Shown here: piece after piece, positions 36,318-45,476 of the stretch
Layout of the letters: each line of letters starts with the position of its first letter
Numbering within the stretch: position 1 is the stretch's first letter
Assembly: GCA_031416315.1 (NCBI GenBank)
Contig: JANOTL010000020.1
Span: 1 to 52,422 of the forward strand
DNA from: Pseudomonadota bacterium
GTDB taxonomy: Bacteria > Bdellovibrionota_B > Oligoflexia > Oligoflexales > CAIYRB01
Length of the DNA stretch: 52,422 nt
Direction: 5' to 3'
Translations under genes and position numbers: made by a program
The notes under the pieces: generated by a model
Database searches by the model: none
The model's input: the letters and a program-made list of their open reading frames with translations, nothing else
What the model was told of the DNA's origin: nothing

Positions 36318-36715
36318 TCCATCTCGTAAGTGCAGAGCGGAATCGAGACGCCGCGATTGACGAGGCCGGTGATGATCTTGAGGTAGGCTTTCGACTCGTC
36401 GACTTTCTGGTTCGCCAGGTCGATGTCCGCCTTCGACACGGCGTCGTCGGAGACCAGGGTCTCGTATTCTTCGAGGGACATGGCCCGACTCGCAATCAGC
36501 CGGCGCCCACGCTCGAGCTTCGAGGCGGCGAGCTCCGCGAGCGCCGCTTTACGTCGGCTGTTCGCCTCCGCCTGCGCGACCCGCAAACGGTAGAGCTCGA
36601 TGTACGGGTTGTCGTCGCCAGCGGTCTCATCCGCGTAGGCGTAATACCCGAGCGTAGCGCCCAATCCGAGCGCCAGCGTCGTCGCCGCGATCCAGATCTT
36701 GATCCTTGCCTTCAT
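36314..36715 (-). CDS. Exported alpha-hairpin protein (paralog of 35637-36317 core)
   Basis: AYA signal; RGRRLIASRAMSLEEYE; SIPLC; ATGA coupling on both sides. Confidence 0.78.
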   Translation of the reverse strand: MKARIKIWIAATTLALGLGATLGYYAYADETAGDDNPYIELYRLRVAQAEANSRRKAALAELAASKLERGRRLIASRAMSLEEYETLVSDDAVSKADIDLANQKVDESKAYLKIITGLVNRGVSIPLCTYEME

Positions 36716-38451
36716 GGTTCCACCCCCATACGAGAATAAGTGCCAAACTCTCGATCAAAAACGCTGACGGCCCAGGCGCGCTCGTTCGGCCAGAAAAGTT
36801 TCAGGTCGCCGCGATCACCCACCCGCCCCGTAACGAGGCGGGTCTCGCCATCATTCGCGGCGTCGACGACCCAGGCTAGGGAGCCCGAGTAAAAGTCGTA
36901 GGCGCCTTCCGTGATGCGAATGGAGGGCCAAGACACGCCACCGGCGGTTAGGCGCGAGTTTCCTTGGAACACGAGCAGGCTCTTGTCTGAGGTCCTAGGC
37001 TGGGTCGGCACGAGAAGCTTCGCATCCCAGAATTCACGGCCGTCGGCACTGCGCTCCGACGGACCATGGAAGTCGCCGATGACGGTGGGAACCATGCGTG
37101 CGCGGGCGTCGAGCGTCGGGAAGCGGTCCGATTTCACGACCTGAAAGGTTCCGACTCGACCGAACTCGCGTGAATACCAGACCCCGGTGACCAGTCCGCG
37201 TTGCCATGTCGAGACTTGGAGGAAGCCGTCGGTTCCCTCGCTCGAAAGAATGAAGCCCGGGACGACGTACAAGGACCTCCGATCATACTGCTGCGCAAGT
37301 AGGTCGGGGCTTTGACCTCGGCCGAAATAAAGCACCGAAGTCACGGAGACGTGGACCACGTTTTCATTGTGCGGGTTGATCGAGGAGTTCGTCGCGACCA
37401 CGTTCAGACGAAGCGGCTCATAGAGACCAGTCGTCTCATTGTGCAGATAGCCGAAGAAGGACCCGCGAGCAGCGGTAATGAGCTCGGCATTTGCCGGCGG
37501 CAATGGATCGGGAAGCGCACGCCGTTGATCCGGCGTGCTGGCGACGTTGTAGAAGCGGGACTTGGGCTCGTACTCGGTGATCTCACTGCCGACCCGATGG
37601 AAGCGGCAGTCCTTTTCGAGGAGGCCGTCGCCGTTTCTGGGAATGATGTGCATGCGGCAGGAGAAAGACGCGCCGTCGCGTTGGCACTCGTTGGTCTCAA
37701 GCGTCCCGGACAAGAAGAGCTTGCCCTGATAGTAATCATACTGCCCCGAAGAAAAGGCGTGGTCGACGCACCAGACCGGGCGACCGGAGGCATTGACGGC
37801 CGAGCACAGACCGTTGCCGATGCCGAGGGCTCCGGTAATCTTGTAATCGTGAAATCCGCTCGTCGGCTCGGAGCCCGCGTCCGAGAGGCCGCGAGCCGTC
37901 TCGATCTGAAGAACCGCGGACTCTTCGCCGCACGCGCCCTCGTACTGCCCGGAAAGGGTCGGCGCCAGGGGAGGCAACGGCCCGGTTCCGCCGCCACCCG
38001 GCTCGTCGCTCTGGAAATAGAGGACCAGTCGGCCCATCTGCCCGGTCGAGCGGAAGACGACTTCACCCTCCATCTGCGTAGGGTTCGAGTAGACGACGGC
38101 GGTCACGATCATCTCGTTCTCGGCTTCGTCGAGGGCCAGCACTCCTAGATCGTAGCTATAATTGACCGCGATGAAACGCTGCGTCTCATACTCGCTCGAA
38201 ACGAAGCCGCCGAGGCTCACCCGAAAAAGGAGCTCCAAGCGCTGAAAGGCGTCAATGCCATCGGGCTTGAACAGGTAGCTGTCCATGGTGAGCGCCAGAG
38301 CATCAGATTGACCCTCCGGCTGCACGTACCCGACCCACTTGCCGAGCATGAGCTCGCCCCCAGGCTCGCGGGCATCTGCGACGGAATGTGTGCTCACGGC
38401 CAGCGTCGACATCAGCAACGTGCTTACGAGTCGGAAGATGGTTCTCATCAT
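36712..38451 (-). CDS. Large exported beta-rich protein of unknown function (paralog B)
   Basis: 579 aa, signal peptide, colinear similarity to 31799-33472. Confidence 0.85.
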   Translation of the reverse strand: MMRTIFRLVSTLLMSTLAVSTHSVADAREPGGELMLGKWVGYVQPEGQSDALALTMDSYLFKPDGIDAFQRLELLFRVSLGGFVSSEYETQRFIAVNYSYDLGVLALDEAENEMIVTAVVYSNPTQMEGEVVFRSTGQMGRLVLYFQSDEPGGGGTGPLPPLAPTLSGQYEGACGEESAVLQIETARGLSDAGSEPTSGFHDYKITGALGIGNGLCSAVNASGRPVWCVDHAFSSGQYDYYQGKLFLSGTLETNECQRDGASFSCRMHIIPRNGDGLLEKDCRFHRVGSEITEYEPKSRFYNVASTPDQRRALPDPLPPANAELITAARGSFFGYLHNETTGLYEPLRLNVVATNSSINPHNENVVHVSVTSVLYFGRGQSPDLLAQQYDRRSLYVVPGFILSSEGTDGFLQVSTWQRGLVTGVWYSREFGRVGTFQVVKSDRFPTLDARARMVPTVIGDFHGPSERSADGREFWDAKLLVPTQPRTSDKSLLVFQGNSRLTAGGVSWPSIRITEGAYDFYSGSLAWVVDAANDGETRLVTGRVGDRGDLKLFWPNERAWAVSVFDREFGTYSRMGVEP

Positions 38452-38485
38452 GTTTGCGAACTGCCCCCTTTGGTTCTTGCGGGCA

Positions 38486-38514
38486 CTCTACTCGCGCTCG
38501 GAGAGATTTGTGAC
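38486..38514 (-). promoter_or_regulatory. ECF-type promoter GTCACA-N17-GTA
   Basis: minus strand GTCACA-aatctctccgagcgcga-GTAGAG. Confidence 0.7.
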
Positions 38515-38531
38515 ATTCAGAAAGGATCGGG

Positions 38532-38548
38532 ATACTCCTCGGGGGTAT
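38532..38548. promoter_or_regulatory. CsoR/RcnR-type operator upstream of paralog B
   Basis: ATAC-TCCTCGGGG-GTAT. Confidence 0.75.
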
Positions 38549-38592
38549 AGTCCACGGGACATTCCTGCGCAAGAGGGCACGGCCCTCGTGCG

Positions 38593-38817
38593 TCAAGTGA
38601 GCGCAGTCCCTTTATATCCGGCGTCCGTCAGCGCATCGATCAGAAGAGCCACTGGGGCCTTTTCCGGATCGTGATCGACCACGACTTTTCCGTCGCTCAG
38701 AGTGACTTTGACGTCCCCAACCCCAGGGAGAGCCGTCAGCGCGTGGCTCACATGTCGCACGCAAGATTGGCAGGTCATGCCGTCCACCTTCAAGGCCGTA
38801 TGTCTTTCGGTCGTCAT
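38593..38817 (-). CDS. copZ: Copper chaperone (HMA domain)
   Basis: VDGMTCQSC...AGY; RBS AAAGGAG. Confidence 0.92.
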   Translation of the reverse strand: MTTERHTALKVDGMTCQSCVRHVSHALTALPGVGDVKVTLSDGKVVVDHDPEKAPVALLIDALTDAGYKGTALT

Positions 38818-38847
38818 GCTGTCTCCTTTCGTTTCCTCGCTCTTAAA

Positions 38848-38873
38848 GACGAGAACGCGCGCCGAACCTTACA
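38848..38873 (-). promoter_or_regulatory. ECF-type promoter TGTAAG-N16-CGTC for copZ
   Basis: minus TGTAAG-gttcggcgcgcgttct-CGTC; mirrors 38949-38974. Confidence 0.72.
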
Positions 38874-38948
38874 CGACGAGCGCGATCTTCAGGACCGAGA
38901 TCAATTTATCATTTTAGATCAATATGTTACGTAGCGGAAGGGTTTTTC

Positions 38949-38974
38949 TGTAAGTTTCGGCGTCACAGCTCGTC
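38949..38974 (+). promoter_or_regulatory. ECF-type promoter TGTAAG-N16-CGTC for copA-sigma operon
   Basis: TGTAAG-tttcggcgtcacagct-CGTC. Confidence 0.72.
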
Positions 38975-39016
38975 TCTTACCTCGAGTCCGAGTTACGAAC
39001 TAGACGAAGAGGGAAT

Positions 39017-41245
39017 ATGCGCACCGCCGACCTGCCAGCACCACGTTCGATCGCAAAAACAGAGACGAAGGAAGAGACGCAATCATTTGCCATCGAAGGC
39101 ATGACCTGCGCCTCGTGCGTGCGCCACGTCGAGAAGGCATTGCTGTCCGTCGACGGCGTAACCAAGGCAACCGTGAACCTGGCGACCGAGAAGGCCTTGG
39201 TCGAAATGCGCGCCGAAGTCGACCCGCAAAGTCTCGTGAATGCCGTCGCCAAGGCCGGCTACGACGCCACGCCTATCGTAAAGGGCGACACGCGGAAGAC
39301 GGTCACGACGCCCTCGAGTGGGTCGGAGCTGTGGCGTGTCATTCTCGCAGCGCTCTTATCCATGCCGCTGGTGATGCCGATGCTCGCCGAGCCATTCGGC
39401 GTGCACTGGATGCTACCTGGATGGGTCCAACTCCTTTTTGCGGCCCCAGTTCAGTTTTGGCTCGGCGCAAGGTTCTACCGCGCCGGTTGGAAGGCGCTGC
39501 GAGCCGGCAGCGGCAACATGGATCTCCTGATCGCGATCGGGACGTCGGCGGCCTTCGCGCTGAGCTTGGCGCATTTTTCGACCGGTCCGCTCTACTTCGA
39601 GAGCTCAGCGGTCATCATCACGCTCGTCCTCTTAGGGAAATGGCTCGAGAGTCGGGCCAAGCGGCAGACGACCGAAGCCATTCGCGCCTTGAGCGCCCTC
39701 CAGCCAGAGCGAGCAATCGTGCGCCGCGGCGGGCGTGACGAGGATGTTGCGATCGACGCGCTTCGCGTCGGCGATGTTTTGGTCGTGCGACCGGGCGAGC
39801 GTGTTCCGACCGACGGCGTCGTCACCGAAGGAGCAAGTCACGTCGACGAGTCGTTGATCACGGGAGAAAGCGTTCCCGTGGCGAAGAAAATCGACGACAC
39901 CGTCACTGGCGGCGCCATAAATGGGGAAGGGCTCCTGCTCGTCCGCGCGTCCGCCGTCGGCGCCGAGACCACGCTGGCGCGAATCGCGCGCATGGTAGAA
40001 AGCGCTCAAGAAGGCAAAGCGCCCATTCAGCGCATAGCCGACAAGGTCAGCGCGGTTTTCGTGCCGATCGTCCTGGCGATCGCCGCCTTGACGTTTGCCG
40101 GCTGGTGGCTCGTGAGCGGTGATGTGGCTGCCGCTGCACTCAACGCCGTCGCCGTGCTCGTAATCGCTTGTCCTTGCGCACTAGGGTTGGCCACGCCGAC
40201 GTCGATCATGGTCGGGACGGGAATGGCGGCCCGTCACGGGATCTTGATCAAAGATGCCGAGGCGCTCGAGATCGCGCATTCGATTAAGACGATCGCCTTC
40301 GACAAGACGGGGACGCTAACTGAAGGGCGCCCGGAATTGGTCCGCATCGTCGCGGCGAACGGCACGGACGCCGAGCTTCTCCAGATCGCGGCCTCGATCC
40401 AGCGTGGAAGCGAGCACCCCTTGGCGCGGGCCGTGACCTCCCGCGCCGCAGAGACTTCGCAATCCCTACCGTCCGCCACGAACACGAAGGCTTTGCCCGG
40501 TCGCGGCGTCGAGGCCGAGGTCGACGGCAAGAAGTACCTCCTCGGCAGCGCGCGGCTCATGCACGAGTCGGCCGTACCGCTCGGCGAGCTCCTCGGGGTC
40601 GCCACCTCCCTCGAAGCCGAAGGCCACACGGTTTCCTGGCTCGCCGCGCCGGGGACGGGACAAGCGCTCGTCGGACTTCTCGCCTTCCGTGATGCCGTAA
40701 AGCCGACGGCCAAGGCCGCCGTGCAGCGCCTGCACGATCAAGGCATTCGGACGGTCATGGTCTCCGGCGACAACCAGCGTGCTGCACAGCGCGTCGCGAC
40801 CGAGCTGGGAATCAGCGAGGTCGTCGCCGAGGTGCTTCCTGCCGACAAAGCCGGGGTCATCGACCGGCTGCGGAGCGCTGGTGGCGTCGTCGCCATGGTT
40901 GGAGACGGGGTCAACGACGCACCGGCTTTGGCGCGCGCCGACGTCGGAATCGCCATGGGTACCGGAACCGACGTCGCCATGCATGCCGCAGGCGTCACCT
41001 TGATGCGAGGCGACCCACGCCTCATCTCTGACGCCGTCGATATCTCACGGCGTACCTACCGCAAGATCAAGCAGAACCTATTTTGGGCGTTCGCTTACAA
41101 CATCATCGGGATTCCGCTGGCCGCGCTCGGTATGCTGAGTCCGATCCTCGCCGGCGCCGCCATGGCCTTCAGCAGCGTGAGCGTCGTAGCCAATGCGCTT
41201 CTGCTGCGCCGCTGGCATTCGAGCGCCAGCACGGGTAAATCATGA
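39017..41245 (+). CDS. copA: Cu(I)-translocating P1B-type ATPase
   Basis: GMTCASC, TGES, CPC, DKTGT, SEHP, GDGVND, YN and MAFSS. Confidence 0.97.
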   Translation: MRTADLPAPRSIAKTETKEETQSFAIEGMTCASCVRHVEKALLSVDGVTKATVNLATEKALVEMRAEVDPQSLVNAVAKAGYDATPIVKGDTRKTVTTPSSGSELWRVILAALLSMPLVMPMLAEPFGVHWMLPGWVQLLFAAPVQFWLGARFYRAGWKALRAGSGNMDLLIAIGTSAAFALSLAHFSTGPLYFESSAVIITLVLLGKWLESRAKRQTTEAIRALSALQPERAIVRRGGRDEDVAIDALRVGDVLVVRPGERVPTDGVVTEGASHVDESLITGESVPVAKKIDDTVTGGAINGEGLLLVRASAVGAETTLARIARMVESAQEGKAPIQRIADKVSAVFVPIVLAIAALTFAGWWLVSGDVAAAALNAVAVLVIACPCALGLATPTSIMVGTGMAARHGILIKDAEALEIAHSIKTIAFDKTGTLTEGRPELVRIVAANGTDAELLQIAASIQRGSEHPLARAVTSRAAETSQSLPSATNTKALPGRGVEAEVDGKKYLLGSARLMHESAVPLGELLGVATSLEAEGHTVSWLAAPGTGQALVGLLAFRDAVKPTAKAAVQRLHDQGIRTVMVSGDNQRAAQRVATELGISEVVAEVLPADKAGVIDRLRSAGGVVAMVGDGVNDAPALARADVGIAMGTGTDVAMHAAGVTLMRGDPRLISDAVDISRRTYRKIKQNLFWAFAYNIIGIPLAALGMLSPILAGAAMAFSSVSVVANALLLRRWHSSASTGKS

Positions 41246-41799
41246 GCAAGAACGCGAAAGTCTCCGAGGACGTCGTCAAAGCCCTGGTCGAAATCCACCG
41301 GGGCTTCCTTCGTTACCTGACGCCCAAGGTCGAGAGTCCGGCGATTGCCGAAGAAATATTGCAGAATGCGTTCGTCAAGACCTTGGAGAAGGGTTCGGAA
41401 TTGCGCGACGGAGAATCCGCCGTCGCCTGGTTCTACCGGCTGTTGAGGAACTCGTTGATCGACCACTACCGGCATCGGGACGTCGAGCGGCGCGGCCTGT
41501 CGAAGGAGGCGCGGGAATCGGCGCCGCTCGCAGAGGCGCTCGACGATCTGGCGAAAGCAACGATCTGTGGCTGCTTGCGCCTCATCCTTCCCGATCTCAA
41601 GCCGGAGTATGCCCAGGCGCTGAACGTCGTCGACCTCGACGAGCGCAGCATCACCGAGTACGCGGCTGAGGCTGGAATTACCGTCAACAACGCCAACGTC
41701 CGACTGCACCGGGCCCGAGTGGCGTTGAAAAGTCGGCTCGAGGTGAGCTGCGGCACTTGTGCGACGCATGGTTGCTTGGACTGCTCCTGCCATAGATGA
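41242..41799 (+). CDS. CorE-like ECF sigma factor with Cys-rich C-terminal domain
   Basis: CGC between regions 2 and 4; tail [14 protein letters not shown]; coupled to copA; no adjacent anti-sigma. Confidence 0.88.
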   Translation: MSKNAKVSEDVVKALVEIHRGFLRYLTPKVESPAIAEEILQNAFVKTLEKGSELRDGESAVAWFYRLLRNSLIDHYRHRDVERRGLSKEARESAPLAEALDDLAKATICGCLRLILPDLKPEYAQALNVVDLDERSITEYAAEAGITVNNANVRLHRARVALKSRLEVSCGTCATHGCLDCSCHR

Positions 41800-41814
41800 G
41801 GAGCCGTCCCGCGC

Positions 41815-43413
41815 TCAAATCCGTCCCTGCTTCAGTTCGTCCGCCAAATGACCTGATGCCCTACCTGCGATCGCCATCATCGCAAATGTTGGGTTCTGCC
41901 AGGCTCCGGTGGGCCAAGCGGCACCGTCCATGACGAAAACATTTGGGGCGTCCCAGCATTGCGCGTAGCCATTTAGAACCGAGCGGCGAGCGTCGGTTCC
42001 CATGCGGGCCGTCCCCATCTCGTGCACGAACGCTCCCGGATCCATGAGCGTGGGTGCGCCGTTGATGCGTCCGCCTGTCGCCTCGACCATTTCGCGCACC
42101 TCTTCGAGCATGTGCTTGCGCATGGCGTGCTCGTTGTCCGAGAACTCGCAGTCGATCTCGAGCAGCGGGATACCCCACGCATCAGCGCGTTCCTTATGGA
42201 GCGTCACGCGATTCTCGAAGCGCGGCAACATCTCGCCATATCCGACGAGCATGAATGGCACCTCGTTCGCGTCGCAGGTCTTTCTTAAGTCTTGTCCTCT
42301 CCCGTGTCGGCCGAATCCGCCGAAGAATCCGTAGCCCCGGAGGAACGAGCCGCCAGCGCGATTTTCGAGGTTATGATACCGCGGAATGAGCACGTTCTTC
42401 GGCCCACCATATCCGCCGGTCCACGCGACGTCCCGCTGCCCAGGAACGAAGCCGCTGACGATCAAGCCGGGATGATCCATCAGGTAGCGCCCCAGCACGC
42501 CGGATGAATTGCCAAGACCCTCCGGGTGATGCCGAGATTTCGAGTTCAGTAGGATGCGGGTCGACTCGAGCGTGGAGGCGCAGACCGCGACGGTGCGGCA
42601 GGCGACTTCGTAAGCGCGCTTCGTGTTCCGATCGACGAAAGCGACGCCGCGGGCGCGGCCGTCGTCCCCGACGAGGATGTGACTGACGACCGCGTCCGCG
42701 CGCAGGCTGACGCCCGGCATGCCGAGCGCCGCGCGCGTCGGTGACGGCACCGGTGGCTCGCCGTTCAATCGTGAGGAAGGCCTCGCCAGAACGCCGCGCG
42801 ATGCAACGACCGCGCGACCGAAACGTTTGCCGACGGTCGATTGAAAGGTGCGCTCGGCGTTGGTGAGCGCACAGGTGCCGCGATACTTGCCGTCCGGAAG
42901 CTGCGGCAGGCCGTCGTGTGCACCGTACACGGGCAAGAAGTCGTCGATCCGGTCGAAGTGCGGGCGAAGCGCCTCATAGTCGAACGGCCAGCGATCGCCG
43001 AAGCCGTCTTGCTCCGGCGCGCGCAGCTCGTGGTCCGAGAGGCGTACGCCGATACCGCCCCAGGTCAAGAGGCGGCCGTTGACGCCGCGGCTGCGGATCC
43101 ACTGAAACGGCTTGCTCGGAGGCGTCTCGTACGGCAGCTCGTTGTCGCGCACGAAGTAGTCCGGGTCGAGCTCCCCGTAGGCGGGGCATTTGGACTGAAC
43201 CGTGCGGCAGCTCACGATCCGATCGGCGGCGCGCTTGATGCGTAAGATCCAGGGCCGGCCGCCCCTCGCTGCATCGGGGCCGTCGGCGCCGGCTTCCAGG
43301 ACCATCACGGAAAGCCCGCGTGACGCCAGCTCGCGCGCGGCCCAGCCGCCTGTCGCGCCGGAGCCGATCACGACCACGTCCCACACGCGCGATTCGACTG
43401 AGGTGCCCTTCAT
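41815..43413 (-). CDS. GMC-family FAD oxidoreductase
   Basis: DVVVIGSGATGG, ESTRILLNS, GRYLMDH, HEMGTARMG, QNPT. Confidence 0.93.
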   Translation of the reverse strand: MKGTSVESRVWDVVVIGSGATGGWAARELASRGLSVMVLEAGADGPDAARGGRPWILRIKRAADRIVSCRTVQSKCPAYGELDPDYFVRDNELPYETPPSKPFQWIRSRGVNGRLLTWGGIGVRLSDHELRAPEQDGFGDRWPFDYEALRPHFDRIDDFLPVYGAHDGLPQLPDGKYRGTCALTNAERTFQSTVGKRFGRAVVASRGVLARPSSRLNGEPPVPSPTRAALGMPGVSLRADAVVSHILVGDDGRARGVAFVDRNTKRAYEVACRTVAVCASTLESTRILLNSKSRHHPEGLGNSSGVLGRYLMDHPGLIVSGFVPGQRDVAWTGGYGGPKNVLIPRYHNLENRAGGSFLRGYGFFGGFGRHGRGQDLRKTCDANEVPFMLVGYGEMLPRFENRVTLHKERADAWGIPLLEIDCEFSDNEHAMRKHMLEEVREMVEATGGRINGAPTLMDPGAFVHEMGTARMGTDARRSVLNGYAQCWDAPNVFVMDGAAWPTGAWQNPTFAMMAIAGRASGHLADELKQGRI

Positions 43414-44345
43414 CGCCCACTCCCTTCAAGGAACTGGAGCTCTTCGGCCGAAAGTCGCAGGCTAGCCGACTTGAGGAGCGCGCGCAGTCGCTCTGGCGAG
43501 CTCGAGCTGACGATGGGATGGACGGTAAAAGTTTGAGCGCGAGCATATGCTAGAGCGATCGATGCGACGGGCACGCCGTGCTCGTCGGCCAGCTTCCTCG
43601 CCCGTTCCTGGCGGTCGCGATTGCTCGCGGAGTTGTAAGCGCGGCGCTGCGCATCATCGGGCAGGTCTCGACCGGCCAGCAGGCCGCCAGCGAGGGGCGA
43701 CCACGCGAGCACTGGCAAGCGCTGCGCGGTATACCATCGACGCGCTTCCGCCGCGTGGTCGCCGGTAATGCTCAGACACCCTGGCCAAGGCGGCTCATTC
43801 ATCTCGGCCAAGCTGAAATGCGGGCTGCTCGCTGAGAACGGTGTGAGTCCGTGGGCGTGGGCGTAGCGATTGGCCTCTTCGATGCGCTGGTGCGACCAGT
43901 TCGAAGCTCCGACGGCGCGCACCTTGCCTTGCCGGACGAATCCATGCAGCGTTTCCATGATCGGACCGACCGGCATCGCAGGATCATCTCGATGCAGGAG
44001 GTAGAGATCGATCGCATCGATGCGAAGCGCCTTCCGCGATCCATCCAGGTCGGACTCCAAACATTGCGAGGCAAGGCGGCTCCTCCAGGCTCCATCCGGG
44101 TGGCCGCCCTTGCCGATGACGAGGACTTTGCCCTCGAGACGGCGCGTGCGAATCCAGCCTCCGAGGATCCGATCGACCATTCCCCCGCCGTACGCACTCG
44201 CCGTGTCAAAGGCCGTGCTGCCGCCTTCCAGCGCCGCATCGAGAAGCGCGAAAGCGCGGGCGTTCCGACGTAACGGCCACCGGGCTTGTAGGTGGTGGAG
44301 CGTCCCGCAGCCCGTGACGATCGAAGGAAGTCGACTCGCTAGCAT
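43410..44345 (-). CDS. Aldo/keto reductase
   Basis: FDTASAYG, KGGHP, IDLYLLHRDDP, GKVRAVGASNW, AWSPLAGG. Confidence 0.92.
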   Translation of the reverse strand: MLASRLPSIVTGCGTLHHLQARWPLRRNARAFALLDAALEGGSTAFDTASAYGGGMVDRILGGWIRTRRLEGKVLVIGKGGHPDGAWRSRLASQCLESDLDGSRKALRIDAIDLYLLHRDDPAMPVGPIMETLHGFVRQGKVRAVGASNWSHQRIEEANRYAHAHGLTPFSASSPHFSLAEMNEPPWPGCLSITGDHAAEARRWYTAQRLPVLAWSPLAGGLLAGRDLPDDAQRRAYNSASNRDRQERARKLADEHGVPVASIALAYARAQTFTVHPIVSSSSPERLRALLKSASLRLSAEELQFLEGSGR

Positions 44346-44424
44346 CAGGATTCCAATAAGCTATAGTTAGACAGCCCGGAAAGACCGATTTTGAACGCTG
44401 GCCCGAGAGTACGCGGCTACGCGT

Positions 44425-44892
44425 CTAGTACTTTGCGGCGAAGCGATGGCAAAACAGTCCGCCGAGTGAGAAGCAAATCGGGACGACGGGGCCGGTAATG
44501 GCGAGCGAATCGAGTAGCACCAGCATTTCGTCTGCTGCGCCATCTGCTGACGGTGGTGCTCGATCAGGATCGCTGAAACCGATGCCAGAGCGGTCAAGGG
44601 AAAGACCCGTTGCTCCTTGGGTAGAGCTGCGGCGAGCGCAGTCCAAGTTTCGAGCGTCGCAGCCATACCACCGACTAGAAGAATAGAGGGCCGACCTCCC
44701 CCCGATCTCGGATTCGCAGCCGTCGACCATCTGGGAGGATCGCATAGGTTGCAGCCGAAGCGAACGATCACGGTCACGACGCTGGAAATACGCCTCGCCT
44801 TGCCACGCAAGGACGGGTGCCCCAGCGACGAGCGCAAGACCGAGGGCTCCAAAGATTCGAAAAGGGCTCAGCGAAGGCATCATACCCGGCAA
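44425..44892 (-). pseudogene. Frameshifted, truncated alpha/beta hydrolase
   Basis: RPSILLVGGMAATLETW in one frame, DRSGIGFS...ICFSLGG...AAKY* in another; resembles 6545-7582. Confidence 0.7.
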
Positions 44893-45049
44893 ACGTCATA
44901 GAAAACATTAGAATTATATCACAGTTTTTGAAATTGGCACGTAATTTGTATAAATGAGGCGCAATTCTTAATCTAAGTTCGACAACGAGGTTTCGGTCGA
45001 TTCGAGACAGACTTCTGGTTTCAACGCGGGAACGGGAGGATGTTCTGAA

Positions 45050-45319
45050 TTGGACAGCAATGCGTTTGGAGCTCTAGTCGCCGGAATGATCTCCAGCCTG
45101 ATCGGAGTCGCGACGACAGGATGCGAAAAGAAAGTCAGCCCGGCAAATTCAGCATCATCGCCAGACGAGAGCTCCGCCTTCGTCAACTGCTACTCCCGAT
45201 CCTGTGCCGGAAAGTTCGAGTACAAAGGCCAAATGAACAAATCCGGCGGCATGATGTACGCGATGTCGGTTCCGGAGAGTGTCTGCAATCCGAACAAGGG
45301 TTTGAAGACGATCGAGTGA
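45050..45319 (+). CDS. Small Cys/Met-containing lipoprotein
   Basis: RBS GGAGGA + TTG; TTGC lipobox-like; CYSRSCAG...MMYAM...VC. Confidence 0.6.
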   Translation: MDSNAFGALVAGMISSLIGVATTGCEKKVSPANSASSPDESSAFVNCYSRSCAGKFEYKGQMNKSGGMMYAMSVPESVCNPNKGLKTIE

Positions 45320-45476
45320 TTTTGGGTTCCGGCGCGTCCGTTACGCCCATCCGCGCCTTGCGGCTTAGAAAAACCTTCAGAATTTTCAGTGGCTTATGGC
45401 GAATCAACGCCAAACCGGTCACGGACCGGCGCTGATCCGGCTAAAGAACATGGGGACTACTCGTGAAAGGATCCTC

